Positions 26,026-35,336 are shown, numbered from the stretch's first letter. The stretch: 39,311 bases of DNA from a virus (IMGVR_UViG_3300042923_000153:1-39311), one strand, 5' to 3'. Translations and numbers: made by a program. The notes: generated by a model not told the origin, from the letters alone.

Positions 26026-26199
26026 TTAACTATTTATTGATTTACTAATAGTTTCAAGGTTGTTGGTTACTTCATTAACAAGCATTAATCTTTGGCTGTA
26101 ATGAATTTCTTTTGTTTCGCTCAACAATAATAAATTAGCTTTTATTGTTTTTTCAACTAACACTCTAAAATCTTCTTCTATTTCTTTGCCGACATGCAT
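26026..26199 (-). CDS. Hypothetical protein (57 aa, MHVGKEIEED...)
   Basis: Hand-translated; RBS AAGGAG. Confidence 0.5.
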   Translation of the reverse strand: MHVGKEIEEDFRVLVEKTIKANLLLLSETKEIHYSQRLMLVNEVTNNLETISKSINS

Positions 26200-26212
26200 T
26201 TAAATATCTCCT

Positions 26213-28210
26213 TTACATAGAAATACCGCCATTACTAGGCGGTTGTTTTGGTGGATTCTTCATTTGATATTGTTGAATTAAGCTCTCAGGTGTAACTTGA
26301 ACGCCTATAGCTGCCATTGCTGCAATTTGTCCCTCTATTGGCAAGTCCTTAAATGGTACTGACATATTAACGCTAGGAGGTTCAATTTGTGAAGCGTTTG
26401 CAGCTTGTTCCTGCATTTTCTTTTTGAGCTCTTGCTTATTGCCTATTTGCATAAACTCTAGTAACATATCAGGCGGTACAGGAATTCCGGCTTGCTTAGC
26501 AGCTATCAATTGTTCGAGATTAGCAGCCATTAATGTTGGAGTTGATTGGCTAGGTACAACAACAATATCAAATTCAAACTTACTAAGGTCGTATAGCACT
26601 CTGTGTATTAACTGCCCTTGCTCATCTACCTGCGGTTGTCCAGTCATCGGATCAATTACAGGCTGCTTAACTTGTGCTTGTGGTAATCCATTAGCTAGTT
26701 GTATGAACTTGTTTTCTCCACCATCACCAGTAATACGCATTACCATTTCTTCAGTAAAGTATTGCGGTATGAGTCCAGGTCTACCTTTATCACCCCATAG
26801 CAAGTCCAGAATCAGCCTCTCAGAGTAATTTGCCTCGTCTGCTAAGTCAGATACTTGTGTGAATGTTGCTCGCTGCCTACGGTCAATTGCAACGCCACTC
26901 ATTTGACTAGGTGCATCAGCATTGCCCATTGTCTCAGGGTTTATTCCACTTATTGTATAGAAGTCTTCACCGCTTACTCTTTCCATTTCAACGTTAGCAG
27001 TTGACACACCATCAGGAGTAATCCGTTCAACTTTAGTAACCCCAGGAGGAACGTTCAATTTTGTGCCTGGAGTAGTACCAAATGCTTTTAACTGTGCATC
27101 AAACTCAGGTGTGCTAGTTCCGTATACTAACCATATGCCATTCGCTTGCGTGTTGATGATATGCATACGTTGTGAACGATGCTTATTAACCTCACGCTGT
27201 ACGTCTTTCAAGTCTCTAATCAGTCCAGCAGGCTCTAGCGTACTGTCGTTTTCATCGCGCTCACCAGTATAATAGGCAAACTCTTGCACTAATGGAAAGC
27301 GTTTATGCTTGTAAGGACTGTCATTCTCTTCAAATAACACATCATCACAGAAAGTCATGTATCTGTATTTGCATTCAGGTATGCGATGTTTTTTAATACC
27401 CGGTATTTTCATGCGGTACATTGCTGCAATTTCTTCATTTTCATCTATTGTTGCAGGATCACCATCTATTTGATACACGTTACGATAACTACGCTCTTTA
27501 TACCAGTACTGAACAACTCTAACCTTCTTCAATTGCTTGCTGTACCATACAGGTTCATTAGCTACCATATCGACAGCAACTTCTTCTGCATCGTATTTAT
27601 GCCATAGTCCATTGATCTCTGTTTCTGACTCAGGATATATCTGTTTTAATTCGTCAGGCGATTCCCAGCTATACACACCAACATATTCTGCATCAGACAA
27701 GTCTTCTTGTATGGACTCAGGATCAACAAACACCTCAAAAGGTGAACGCCTTTCAATTTTAATCGTGCCATCCATTTTATCATAATCAAAATCATAGAAT
27801 ACCCAGTAATAACCCTTGCCACAGATTAACCTATCTCTGCCTACTTTTTTCTTGTGACGAGAAAACATACACTTATCATACACATACTTGTTAACACCTT
27901 TAGCAATGTTACATATCTCATCATCATCCTCAGTACGTGGCATAAAGTTAGGCTCTGACATGTTCTGACCAAAGTAACCTGATACTTGATTGATCATCGG
28001 TCTGCAACGATTGATAGTGATTGCAGGGCGTTTCTGTTTCTGCATTGCCTGCACGTCTTTATCATCCCATTGCTTACCCTGTACAAAGCGGAAGTCTTCC
28101 CTTGCTTCTTTACGCCAATCAACTGTTGCTTCTAATGCTAACCTTACGTTTGATCTAGCCTTTACAACCTTGCCTGTATCTGTTGGTTGGTCTTTTATTG
28201 CATCTTCCAA
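26213..28210 (-). CDS. Portal protein, P22-like
   Basis: WRKEAREDFRF..G.QW...RP.ITIN; G.IRDLKD.Q..NK..S; SG.AI..RQ. Confidence 0.92.
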   Translation of the reverse strand: MEDAIKDQPTDTGKVVKARSNVRLALEATVDWRKEAREDFRFVQGKQWDDKDVQAMQKQKRPAITINRCRPMINQVSGYFGQNMSEPNFMPRTEDDDEICNIAKGVNKYVYDKCMFSRHKKKVGRDRLICGKGYYWVFYDFDYDKMDGTIKIERRSPFEVFVDPESIQEDLSDAEYVGVYSWESPDELKQIYPESETEINGLWHKYDAEEVAVDMVANEPVWYSKQLKKVRVVQYWYKERSYRNVYQIDGDPATIDENEEIAAMYRMKIPGIKKHRIPECKYRYMTFCDDVLFEENDSPYKHKRFPLVQEFAYYTGERDENDSTLEPAGLIRDLKDVQREVNKHRSQRMHIINTQANGIWLVYGTSTPEFDAQLKAFGTTPGTKLNVPPGVTKVERITPDGVSTANVEMERVSGEDFYTISGINPETMGNADAPSQMSGVAIDRRQRATFTQVSDLADEANYSERLILDLLWGDKGRPGLIPQYFTEEMVMRITGDGGENKFIQLANGLPQAQVKQPVIDPMTGQPQVDEQGQLIHRVLYDLSKFEFDIVVVPSQSTPTLMAANLEQLIAAKQAGIPVPPDMLLEFMQIGNKQELKKKMQEQAANASQIEPPSVNMSVPFKDLPIEGQIAAMAAIGVQVTPESLIQQYQMKNPPKQPPSNGGISM

Positions 28211-28222
28211 TGTATCACCTCC

Positions 28223-28438
28223 TTAGTCGAGATTATTCTTTAAAAACTGGTAATTTGCGTAAATATCCTCATCTCTCTTATCGCTTAAAAATTCATCAGT
28301 AAACTTCCACGATAAATTGTGTTGATCCCCACAAAACTCCATATATTTTAACTTTGTAAATTCTTCGCATAATTCTATTGGTAAATGAAGGTTGTTAAGC
28401 AATATTATTAATTCTTCCCTGCTTATATCAATTAACAT
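28223..28438 (-). CDS. Hypothetical protein
   Basis: ORF in the late operon. Confidence 0.55.
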   Translation of the reverse strand: MLIDISREELIILLNNLHLPIELCEEFTKLKYMEFCGDQHNLSWKFTDEFLSDKRDEDIYANYQFLKNNLD

Positions 28439-28639
28439 CTATAACACCATCCCAGTCCTAAAGAACATTCCATATATCTGAGTTAATTGATCACTTGTTA
28501 ATTGATTGCAAAAAAAATCGATCTCTGTATCAGTTGTACCGACACTAAGATCGTCTTTACTATTCATTAATACTCTACGTGCGTAATCGCGTAGTGCTTT
28601 ATCTGATACGTTGGGGCTAGTTGATGGCGCCATCGTCAA
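28439..28639 (-). CDS. Hypothetical protein
   Basis: ORF in the late operon. Confidence 0.55.
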   Translation of the reverse strand: MTMAPSTSPNVSDKALRDYARRVLMNSKDDLSVGTTDTEIDFFCNQLTSDQLTQIYGMFFRTGMVL

Positions 28640-28871
28640 TGCACCTCTTTGCTCTATTTATTTCTAATTCAATATCATCAGCATTGTTATAAGCTTTAAA
28701 TTCGTTGCAATATAAGCCATCTTTAGATATTACTATCCTTGCTTCTTCTTCGGTTCTTTCTACATGAATAACAAATCCTTTGTATACTTGCTCTATTTTA
28801 ATAGGTTCTTCTTCATTTAATTCTATTTCTTTCTTAATAACTGGCTTATTTACTACTCTAGGTCTAGCCAT
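28617..28871 (-). CDS. Hypothetical protein
   Basis: RBS AGGAG; MARPR start. Confidence 0.6.
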   Translation of the reverse strand: MARPRVVNKPVIKKEIELNEEEPIKIEQVYKGFVIHVERTEEEARIVISKDGLYCNEFKAYNNADDIELEINRAKRCIDDGAIN

Positions 28872-28887
28872 TGATCAACACACTCCT

Positions 28888-30189
28888 TTATCCTGCCATC
28901 CATGATTCACTATCATCATCTTCTCTTTCGTAGCCATTGTAGTCTTTAGGCTTCTTCTTCTCTTCTTGTTGTTCACGCCAGTAAACCATTTCCAATTCAT
29001 TAGCGTAGCGAATTGCATCTATCAAATGGTTGTTTCGGTCTACTGGTTTGCGAAGCATGTCGCCCTGCTTGTTCTCTTCCCATTTGTAACTACTAAACTC
29101 ATTCTTTGCATTCTGACAACCTATATCAATAATAATCTCTTGCTGTTGTAACCACTGTATTCCATAGTTAACGCTGTCCTTGCCTTTAATTGCTTCTACT
29201 GTAGCAATACCTCTTTGCGCTAACTCTACGATACTCTTAGGCTCTGCGCTATCACAACGAATATGTTCCTTGCCTATCATAGGCTTTAACTCTTTTGCTA
29301 GATCGTCATTAGTTAATCCGCGCTCATATAGTTCATCTAATATATATAGTTTGCTTTTCTTTCTATCGTAATGCGTTCTAACACCAGCAGCAGGGTCACT
29401 ACTAAAACCAAAATCAAGACCATTGTTAAACGATGTGAATGTCTTTCGGATCTCGGTAAGATCTTGCATCTTCCAGTTCTTAAAGATAACACCGCCAACT
29501 GTTCCCCAATTGCCTAATGAATACACATTGTAATAATACTCGTCCTTCTCGTTCTCTAACTTGTCGATATCATCAGCAGTAAGAAAGTGATTATCTTTGT
29601 ATGTACTTTTTAATATTGAAAGATTATTGCTTTTATAATGTTGTTGACCTTCAATCCATCCACCAAAGTAATTAGTGTATATCCAATGTGTTTGTAGTAT
29701 TGGGTTGAAACTATCAATCATGCGCTTCTTAACTCTAGAACGTCCTCTAAGACGTTTCTCTAGCTGTTTATGATCGTTATAATCGCACTCGGTAGCTTCT
29801 TCCTTCCATATATCAGTCAACACTTCTTTAGCTGGGGTAATTGATTTAATCTTTTCAACATCATCAAGACCAGCAAATAGTATCTGATATCCATTAAAGC
29901 AAGTTATAATCATGTCAGATTCGTTTATTTTAAAGTATTTATTAAGCTTAAAGAACGATATCGCTTTTTTTACCTCATTGAATACCGACCCTCTTAATGT
30001 CCTAGCCACCTTGCGAGTGATAAGGTAGTTGTGCCCTCCTTTTACAACATCTAACACGCAACGTTGCGCCAGGAAGTATGATTTGCCACTAGACGAACCA
30101 CCGAAGAATATCTGATGATAAGTATCATCATTAAGGAAAGGACGATACACCGGATTGAACACTTTGCTGCTAATGTTGAGGTTAATCAT
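28888..30189 (-). CDS. terL: Terminase large subunit, PBSX family
   Basis: GGSSSGKS, GLDDVEKIKS, EEATE, SFNP, GLDFGF, DSAEP, NHLIDAIRY. Confidence 0.95.
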   Translation of the reverse strand: MINLNISSKVFNPVYRPFLNDDTYHQIFFGGSSSGKSYFLAQRCVLDVVKGGHNYLITRKVARTLRGSVFNEVKKAISFFKLNKYFKINESDMIITCFNGYQILFAGLDDVEKIKSITPAKEVLTDIWKEEATECDYNDHKQLEKRLRGRSRVKKRMIDSFNPILQTHWIYTNYFGGWIEGQQHYKSNNLSILKSTYKDNHFLTADDIDKLENEKDEYYYNVYSLGNWGTVGGVIFKNWKMQDLTEIRKTFTSFNNGLDFGFSSDPAAGVRTHYDRKKSKLYILDELYERGLTNDDLAKELKPMIGKEHIRCDSAEPKSIVELAQRGIATVEAIKGKDSVNYGIQWLQQQEIIIDIGCQNAKNEFSSYKWEENKQGDMLRKPVDRNNHLIDAIRYANELEMVYWREQQEEKKKPKDYNGYEREDDDSESWMAG

Positions 30190-30404
30190 TTTTTATTTCT
30201 CATGTATCTAGCCATATTGCATTGACAACCATCGTCGTTAATCAGCATATGTCCACTACTATGTATTCTTTCGATCAATAACTTTTCTTTTAATTCTTCT
30301 ATAATTTTATCTTGTATCTTTATTAAATCATTTGCACTTGATAACGCCTTATGAGCATTAATAGTTGTGTCAATATAAGGTTTATGCAAATTAAAACAAA
30401 ACAT
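30186..30404 (-). CDS. Hypothetical protein
   Basis: Overlaps the terL start. Confidence 0.5.
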   Translation of the reverse strand: MFCFNLHKPYIDTTINAHKALSSANDLIKIQDKIIEELKEKLLIERIHSSGHMLINDDGCQCNMARYMRNKK

Positions 30405-30437
30405 TTTATCACCAACTTTTACCTAATATTTGCCGTT

Positions 30438-30644
30438 TCAATACCCGAAAGGAGGAAAATTCCTGTTCGCTCTGCCCTTTGCGATCGCAGCCAAAGCAAC
30501 AATTGCATCTTTAATATCTTGACCGTCACATTCTTCCGACTTAATTGTTTGTATAATTAAGTCGGATAAATCACTTACTCTACTCATTGGAGTAAATATA
30601 ATTTTATCCACACGAACCACATCCTTTTTCCTAATATTTACCAT
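30438..30644 (-). CDS. Hypothetical protein
   Basis: ORF between terS and terL. Confidence 0.4.
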   Translation of the reverse strand: MVNIRKKDVVRVDKIIFTPMSRVSDLSDLIIQTIKSEECDGQDIKDAIVALAAIAKGRANRNFPPFGY

Positions 30645-30815
30645 CTCAATCTACGATAACTTCAGTTTATTGAACATTGAGATTCGATAATTTTTCTTGT
30701 ATTTTTCTACAGATCGGAGTTATTTTCCCATCACACCATTTGATGTTACCTGTGCATTTATTTTTATACTTACATTTAAGGTAAGTATTTACTACAACAT
30801 TAGTTAATTCTAACA

Positions 30816-31316
30816 TCACAACTCACCCCACTTTCTATCACCCATTACCTTAACTCTGTAGTTCTTAAACATTGTCTTTAATACGTTCTGAATACGCTGT
30901 CCTTTGCAAAACAACCAAGGATTAATGAAATACTGAATCCCTCTGCTATTTCTACCACGATATAATATATCTTTCTTAATCAGTGAGTTAATTGCAGCAG
31001 ATACAGCACCACGGCTCATTCCTGATATCTTGATCATATCGTCAAATCCTAACTCATTACCATTATCATGCTTTAAGCAACAATCTTCATATCCAACATA
31101 TACAGCCATACAAAACAAAAACGCCTTTTCAGGCGTAGATAATATTTGAAACATCTTTCTTAATTCAGCTGTGTTACCTTTATAGAAATGTTCCAACTTC
31201 CACACTTGATAGTTTTCTAGATATTCAATACTCTCTTTGCGAAGGATTCTATCGCCTTCATTAATCTGACCAATTATCTGACCGTCACTATCAATAATAG
31301 TAGCTTTTTTAACCAA
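30816..31316 (-). CDS. RepL-like winged-helix protein
   Basis: MSRGAVSAAINSLIKKDIL HTH followed by YFINPWLFCKG; RBS AGGAGG. Confidence 0.65.
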   Translation of the reverse strand: MVKKATIIDSDGQIIGQINEGDRILRKESIEYLENYQVWKLEHFYKGNTAELRKMFQILSTPEKAFLFCMAVYVGYEDCCLKHDNGNELGFDDMIKISGMSRGAVSAAINSLIKKDILYRGRNSRGIQYFINPWLFCKGQRIQNVLKTMFKNYRVKVMGDRKWGEL

Positions 31317-31329
31317 TTAGCACCTCCTA

Positions 31330-31377
31330 AGTTCATGTGGTGAACTAAATAAGCCGTTTTAGTTCATGTGGTGAACT
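31330..31377. repeat. Two identical 17 bp palindromic boxes upstream of the RepL-like gene
   Basis: AGTTCA-TGTGG-TGAACT at 31330-31346 and 31361-31377. Confidence 0.9.
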
Positions 31378-31544
31378 TGATAAAAAACCTGCAATCCCAT
31401 GCTACATAAGGCTTCACAGGCGTTTTTTCGTGATGTTGTCCCTCTTATTCTTAATCCATACTTCTTCCATTAACGAATCCCATCCAAAATCCAGCAAAAT
31501 AAACTACAATTATACATCCAGCTAACTCAATTTGAGACACACAA

Positions 31545-31973
31545 TCACTCCTCCACAATATTGACGTTGATCTCAACAGGTTTATCTTTATCGCCGGATA
31601 ACTCTGTCTTATCAGTAAACAATTTCAAATGCTTGCCTAACAACTCTAATGATCTATTAGCACCACTAGAATCAAATTTAAACTCACCAGTAGGCTGACC
31701 TTCTCTATCCACTATAGCTTCTATCTGCATACACCTTTCAGCAACAGTTTTTAGGCTATTAATTATATAGTCTGCTGTAACAAGCGTACGTTGCTCTCTA
31801 AGCTTCAATTGTTCATCAATAGCCTCTTGCACCTTAGCATTACTTAATAACCTACTAGCCTGCACCTCAGCAGTCTTAGCACTATATCCTGCCCTTATAG
31901 CAGCTTGCTTACCATTCCTGTCAACAAGGTATTCAGATACAAATACACTTTGTTGAGCCGTTAATATACTCAT
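31545..31973 (-). CDS. terS: Terminase small subunit
   Basis: LT.QQ..FV.EYL.D.NG.QAAIRAGYS.KTA...ASRLL; LELLGKHL.LFTDK. Confidence 0.95.
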   Translation of the reverse strand: MSILTAQQSVFVSEYLVDRNGKQAAIRAGYSAKTAEVQASRLLSNAKVQEAIDEQLKLREQRTLVTADYIINSLKTVAERCMQIEAIVDREGQPTGEFKFDSSGANRSLELLGKHLKLFTDKTELSGDKDKPVEINVNIVEE

Positions 31974-32004
31974 ACCTTAACACCTCCTTAACTATTAACC
32001 TCAT

Positions 32005-32096
32005 AAAACAAGCAACTACCCTAAAGTAATTGCCTGTTTTACAACTTCAATAATAATTTAAACAAGAAAAGCCACTCACAATTAAGTGAATGGCAT
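32005..32096 (-). terminator. Two tandem terminator-like hairpins between the tRNA and terS
   Basis: GCCATTCACTTAATTGTGAGTGGC-TTTT and CAGGCAATTAC..GTAGTTGCTTG-TTTT. Confidence 0.6.
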
Positions 32097-32102
32097 AATA
32101 TT

Positions 32103-32180
32103 TGGTCTGGATAGTAGGACTCGAACCTACGACTTCCTCCTTCCAAGGGAGGCACTCTGCACAAACTGAGCTATATCCAG
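32103..32180 (-). tRNA. tRNA-Pro (anticodon TGG) with encoded CCA
   Basis: Acceptor CTGGATA/TATCCAG, anticodon arm CCTCC-CTTGGAA-GGAGG, T arm GTAGG-TTCGAGT-CCTAC, A73, CCA. Confidence 0.92.
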
Positions 32181-32325
32181 ATATCAATTTCCCACAAGGG
32201 GAATCGCTGGGCATTGCATCACACTTCCGATACACTTTTACATCTGCGCTCAGCGATTATAAGTTTGTATACAGCAGTCCTTTCAAAAAGTTTGAAGAGC
32301 AAATTTCCATTCCTGCTATGATATT

Positions 32326-32334
32326 ATTTTATCA
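32326..32334 (-). promoter_or_regulatory. Putative late promoter (extended -10)
   Basis: TGATAAAAT just downstream of the ArpU/RinA-like gene; no clear -35. Confidence 0.5.
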
Positions 32335-32347
32335 CCTATTTAGACGA

Positions 32348-32773
32348 TTACACTGCAAAATTAGCAGGTACTTGGCATGTAATGGACAGTATTTCGTTTA
32401 ATTCATCTAATGCCTTACGCCTGTACCTTCCAAACTGATCTCTACCTATATTCATGGTTGACATTACCTCATATCGTCTCTGCCGTTCGTAATAATATTT
32501 ACTGATTAATTTCTTGCAATCATTATCCAATGCATTGTATGCTAATTCTATGGCTCTAACCTGCCTACTAGTTTGTGGTATGCTTGCACGCTTAACACCC
32601 AAATTCGCAGTTTGGTTGCTAATTCCTGATCCGTGAGGCATACCCTCATAACTAGCTGTCATACTTGGGAACAAACCGAATAACTTTTCTTCTTCAATGC
32701 TAGCCTGGCTCTTAAGTCTGGGATAGCTTCTTAATATCGTCTCTATCTCACTGTCAGTATATAGTTTTGGCAT
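32348..32773 (-). CDS. ArpU/RinA-family late transcriptional activator
   Basis: ETILRSYP, TASYEGMPHGSG, C-terminal sigma4-like HTH; located before the packaging genes. Confidence 0.85.
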   Translation of the reverse strand: MPKLYTDSEIETILRSYPRLKSQASIEEEKLFGLFPSMTASYEGMPHGSGISNQTANLGVKRASIPQTSRQVRAIELAYNALDNDCKKLISKYYYERQRRYEVMSTMNIGRDQFGRYRRKALDELNEILSITCQVPANFAV

Positions 32774-32783
32774 ATATACCTCC

Positions 32784-33029
32784 CTACATTATTTCGCTTA
32801 ATGGATACCACTTGTAAATTTCTTCTTCTGACCAGTCATCGTTAAAAATAGTTTTTGTCATTATAGGTATCATCACCATAGCTCCTGATTTAATCTTTTT
32901 CCAAAACAAAATACCGCATTCTCTTGAACTAAACTTAATGATTTTCCCTTGCATTATTTTATCTCCATAATTAACTAATACAATTTGTCCAATCTTAAAA
33001 TCATCATTATTAGTGTACAGTTTCGGCAT
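32784..33029 (-). CDS. Hypothetical SH3/KOW-like protein
   Basis: FKIGQIVLV...GKII. Confidence 0.6.
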   Translation of the reverse strand: MPKLYTNNDDFKIGQIVLVNYGDKIMQGKIIKFSSRECGILFWKKIKSGAMVMIPIMTKTIFNDDWSEEEIYKWYPLSEIM

Positions 33030-33040
33030 GTGTTACCTCC

Positions 33041-33265
33041 TTACCTAATTTGAGTTACAGAAGTAGATTCATATCCATATACAATTACAATCTCATGACC
33101 CAAATTATCAACATACGTTACTACGGTCGACGTTGTTGCGTTGTGATATTTTTCAAAAGAATCTATCTTTTTCCACTGTCCCGACTGTTCTTCATTTTCT
33201 TTCGAACCATTGCAGCCAGTTAACGCCAAACTAACTAACAATATCAATATAATTTTAGTTTTCAT
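33041..33265 (-). CDS. Lipoprotein (probable start MKTKII)
   Basis: Signal MKTKIILILLVSLALTG-C with lipobox; GAGGG RBS. Confidence 0.7.
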   Translation of the reverse strand: MKTKIILILLVSLALTGCNGSKENEEQSGQWKKIDSFEKYHNATTSTVVTYVDNLGHEIVIVYGYESTSVTQIR

Positions 33266-33395
33266 ATCCCTCTCTCCTTGCTCATTACAGCCTGTAAATA
33301 TCCATCCGTATAGTAGATCATGCAAACTGCTTTAAACCCCTTTCTAAGCCAACGGTGCGCTTTATGATAGGATACTTGTATCATGTTTCCACCTC

Positions 33396-33599
33396 CTAAT
33401 AACTTAAAAGGTTTTTGATTATATCCTTAGTCTCTTGTTTGCCATTCTCCTGAAAATACTTTATTACAACCTTGTACTTTTTAAGATCTATAAGTATCCC
33501 TAGCAACTCGTCATAAAATTCTATATCCTTTTTATCTGTTTCAGATAACGACTTTAATTCGTTTAAATCTTTTATATATACATCTACTAAGTCCACCAA
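33396..33599 (-). CDS. Hypothetical protein
   Basis: ORF in the early/middle operon. Confidence 0.5.
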   Translation of the reverse strand: MVDLVDVYIKDLNELKSLSETDKKDIEFYDELLGILIDLKKYKVVIKYFQENGKQETKDIIKNLLSY

Positions 33600-34055
33600 T
33601 CAAACACCCCACTCAACTAAAAGTTTATCATCGTAATATTTAACAACTAAATCCAACGCCTTGCCATAATGCACGCTTCTTTTGCATTTAAACTCTTGAT
33701 TGTGTGCTTTCTTCCAAAACATATTGAAATTTTTACCCATTCCTCTTTTCATGCTTCACACCACCCCAGCATATCAAACTCTCTACTCTTCCTCACCACA
33801 TACTGATTGCAAGTATCCCGCCTCTGGTGAGTCATGCCACGTTTATGACACATGATTTCTCTGCCGTCAATACGTTTTTTCAAGTTTTGACAACGGTCGC
33901 ATTTACTAGTCATCATTTACACCTACCATTTTTTAAGTTCAATAGAAATTTCTATTTCTCTTAAAATTTGTATTTTAGAATCAAGTTGCATTCGATCATT
34001 TTCTAGCTTCTTAATCGAATTTCTGATATATTGCACTATCTTTTGCGTGATAACA

Positions 34056-34583
34056 TTATCGCTCATCTTTCTTAGCCTCCCAAGCCATATACAAGTCCAC
34101 ATAGTTTGACAAATCCCTCAAAGTGTCCCTAATTGACTCATCCTTGACTTTTTGCGTATCACTGAATAGCAGAGTCTCAAACCTATTAAACTTGTCTGCT
34201 AGGCGTATGTACAAGCCTTGTAGCGGATCTATATTGTTACTGACTAATTTGTCCATGATCTTGTCAAAGCTGTTGCCGTAGTCGGAGTTTTTATCGACTA
34301 CTAGGTTGTATTTTCCTATCAACACACTGTATAACTCAGGTAACTTCATAGCTTGTTCAGCTTCTTTTTCTGCTAATCTCCTACGCTGTTCACTGCCAGT
34401 TATAACTTTGCTTGGATCTGCTGATTCAATTTCATCATCTTCTACAACTTCCGCATCTTTTATATGTACAGAATGCTCCTCGCTTTTTTCGATGTACCAT
34501 TCTCCTTTTAAATAATAATCGTCTAATATCTCGCCCTCTTTATTTTCATACCACCAATTGCCATTTATTATTTTAATCTTCAT
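34056..34583 (-). CDS. DUF1599/Nmad1-like (nucleotide-modification-associated) protein
   Basis: KNSDYGNSF...IRLADKFNR...VKDESIRDTLRDLSNY. Confidence 0.75.
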   Translation of the reverse strand: MKIKIINGNWWYENKEGEILDDYYLKGEWYIEKSEEHSVHIKDAEVVEDDEIESADPSKVITGSEQRRRLAEKEAEQAMKLPELYSVLIGKYNLVVDKNSDYGNSFDKIMDKLVSNNIDPLQGLYIRLADKFNRFETLLFSDTQKVKDESIRDTLRDLSNYVDLYMAWEAKKDER

Positions 34584-34870
34584 TACTCAATCACCTCACC
34601 ATCATTATTGTTCCTCGCCCACCAAATGAATTTAACAGCCATTGCAGCCACTTGTACCAATTCACCCTCTAATTCTTCCATATTTCGTTTGTGTGGCTTT
34701 TTCTTTACGTGTTCCCACACTTCATCAACTTCTTCAAGCAAAACGCCATATGCCTCATGTTCTGAGTTGAATTGTGGATATTTACCATTAGCTTTATCTA
34801 GTTCAAAATAAACTTTGTCAAGAATATCAATAACTCCAAACGGTTCTAATTCCTCATACATATCATCCAA
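34583..34870 (-). CDS. MazG-like NTP pyrophosphatase fold protein
   Basis: HEAYGVLLEEVDEVW...ELVQVAAMA. Confidence 0.7.
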   Translation of the reverse strand: MDDMYEELEPFGVIDILDKVYFELDKANGKYPQFNSEHEAYGVLLEEVDEVWEHVKKKPHKRNMEELEGELVQVAAMAVKFIWWARNNNDGEVIE

Positions 34871-35336
34871 CCTCGCTTTTCTTTAAATACATGTCGCTGT
34901 AAGTTACCCCCACCGCAATAGCTGCCCAAACATCCTTACTAACTCCATAAAACCACCCTGGTGACTTCTTAGTACCTACCACTCCAAACCTATCTATCAA
35001 AGCCTGTCTTATATTTCCGTCCTTGGCTTTCATAGTGTGGCATAGGTTGATTTTTTCATCCTTGCGGTATATGTAGGTTACCTCTGAGTTTTTTGAAGCC
35101 TCCTGCGTAAATCTACCAATCCAAACGCAAGTGTCAAACACTTCTTTGCCTACTGCCATACCATACGATGCGATCATTTCTATTGCTACGTGTTTTATTT
35201 TGTATTTGTTTATCAATTTGCAAATTTGCAGCATCAAAGTATGATTACTCCATTTACAAAATTCAATAGGCTTTAGGTTTTCATCAAGTACCACATATGC
35301 ACTCTCAATATTGCCTGGATCAATAGCTAATATCAT
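34863..35336 (-). CDS. RuvC-like Holliday junction resolvase
   Basis: ILAIDPG, VAIE, DVWAAIAV RNase H-fold acidic motifs. Confidence 0.8.
   Translation of the reverse strand: MILAIDPGNIESAYVVLDENLKPIEFCKWSNHTLMLQICKLINKYKIKHVAIEMIASYGMAVGKEVFDTCVWIGRFTQEASKNSEVTYIYRKDEKINLCHTMKAKDGNIRQALIDRFGVVGTKKSPGWFYGVSKDVWAAIAVGVTYSDMYLKKSEVG

Noticed and set aside
30604-30612. Perfect DnaA box TTATCCACA
   Set aside because: Isolated and inside an ORF; compatible with chance
32103-32180. tRNA as an attP core
   Set aside because: No integrase; the tRNA is full length and lies in the late leader
32047-32401. ORFs 32047-32235 (-) and 32102-32401 (+)
   Set aside because: They overlap the tRNA and structured leader
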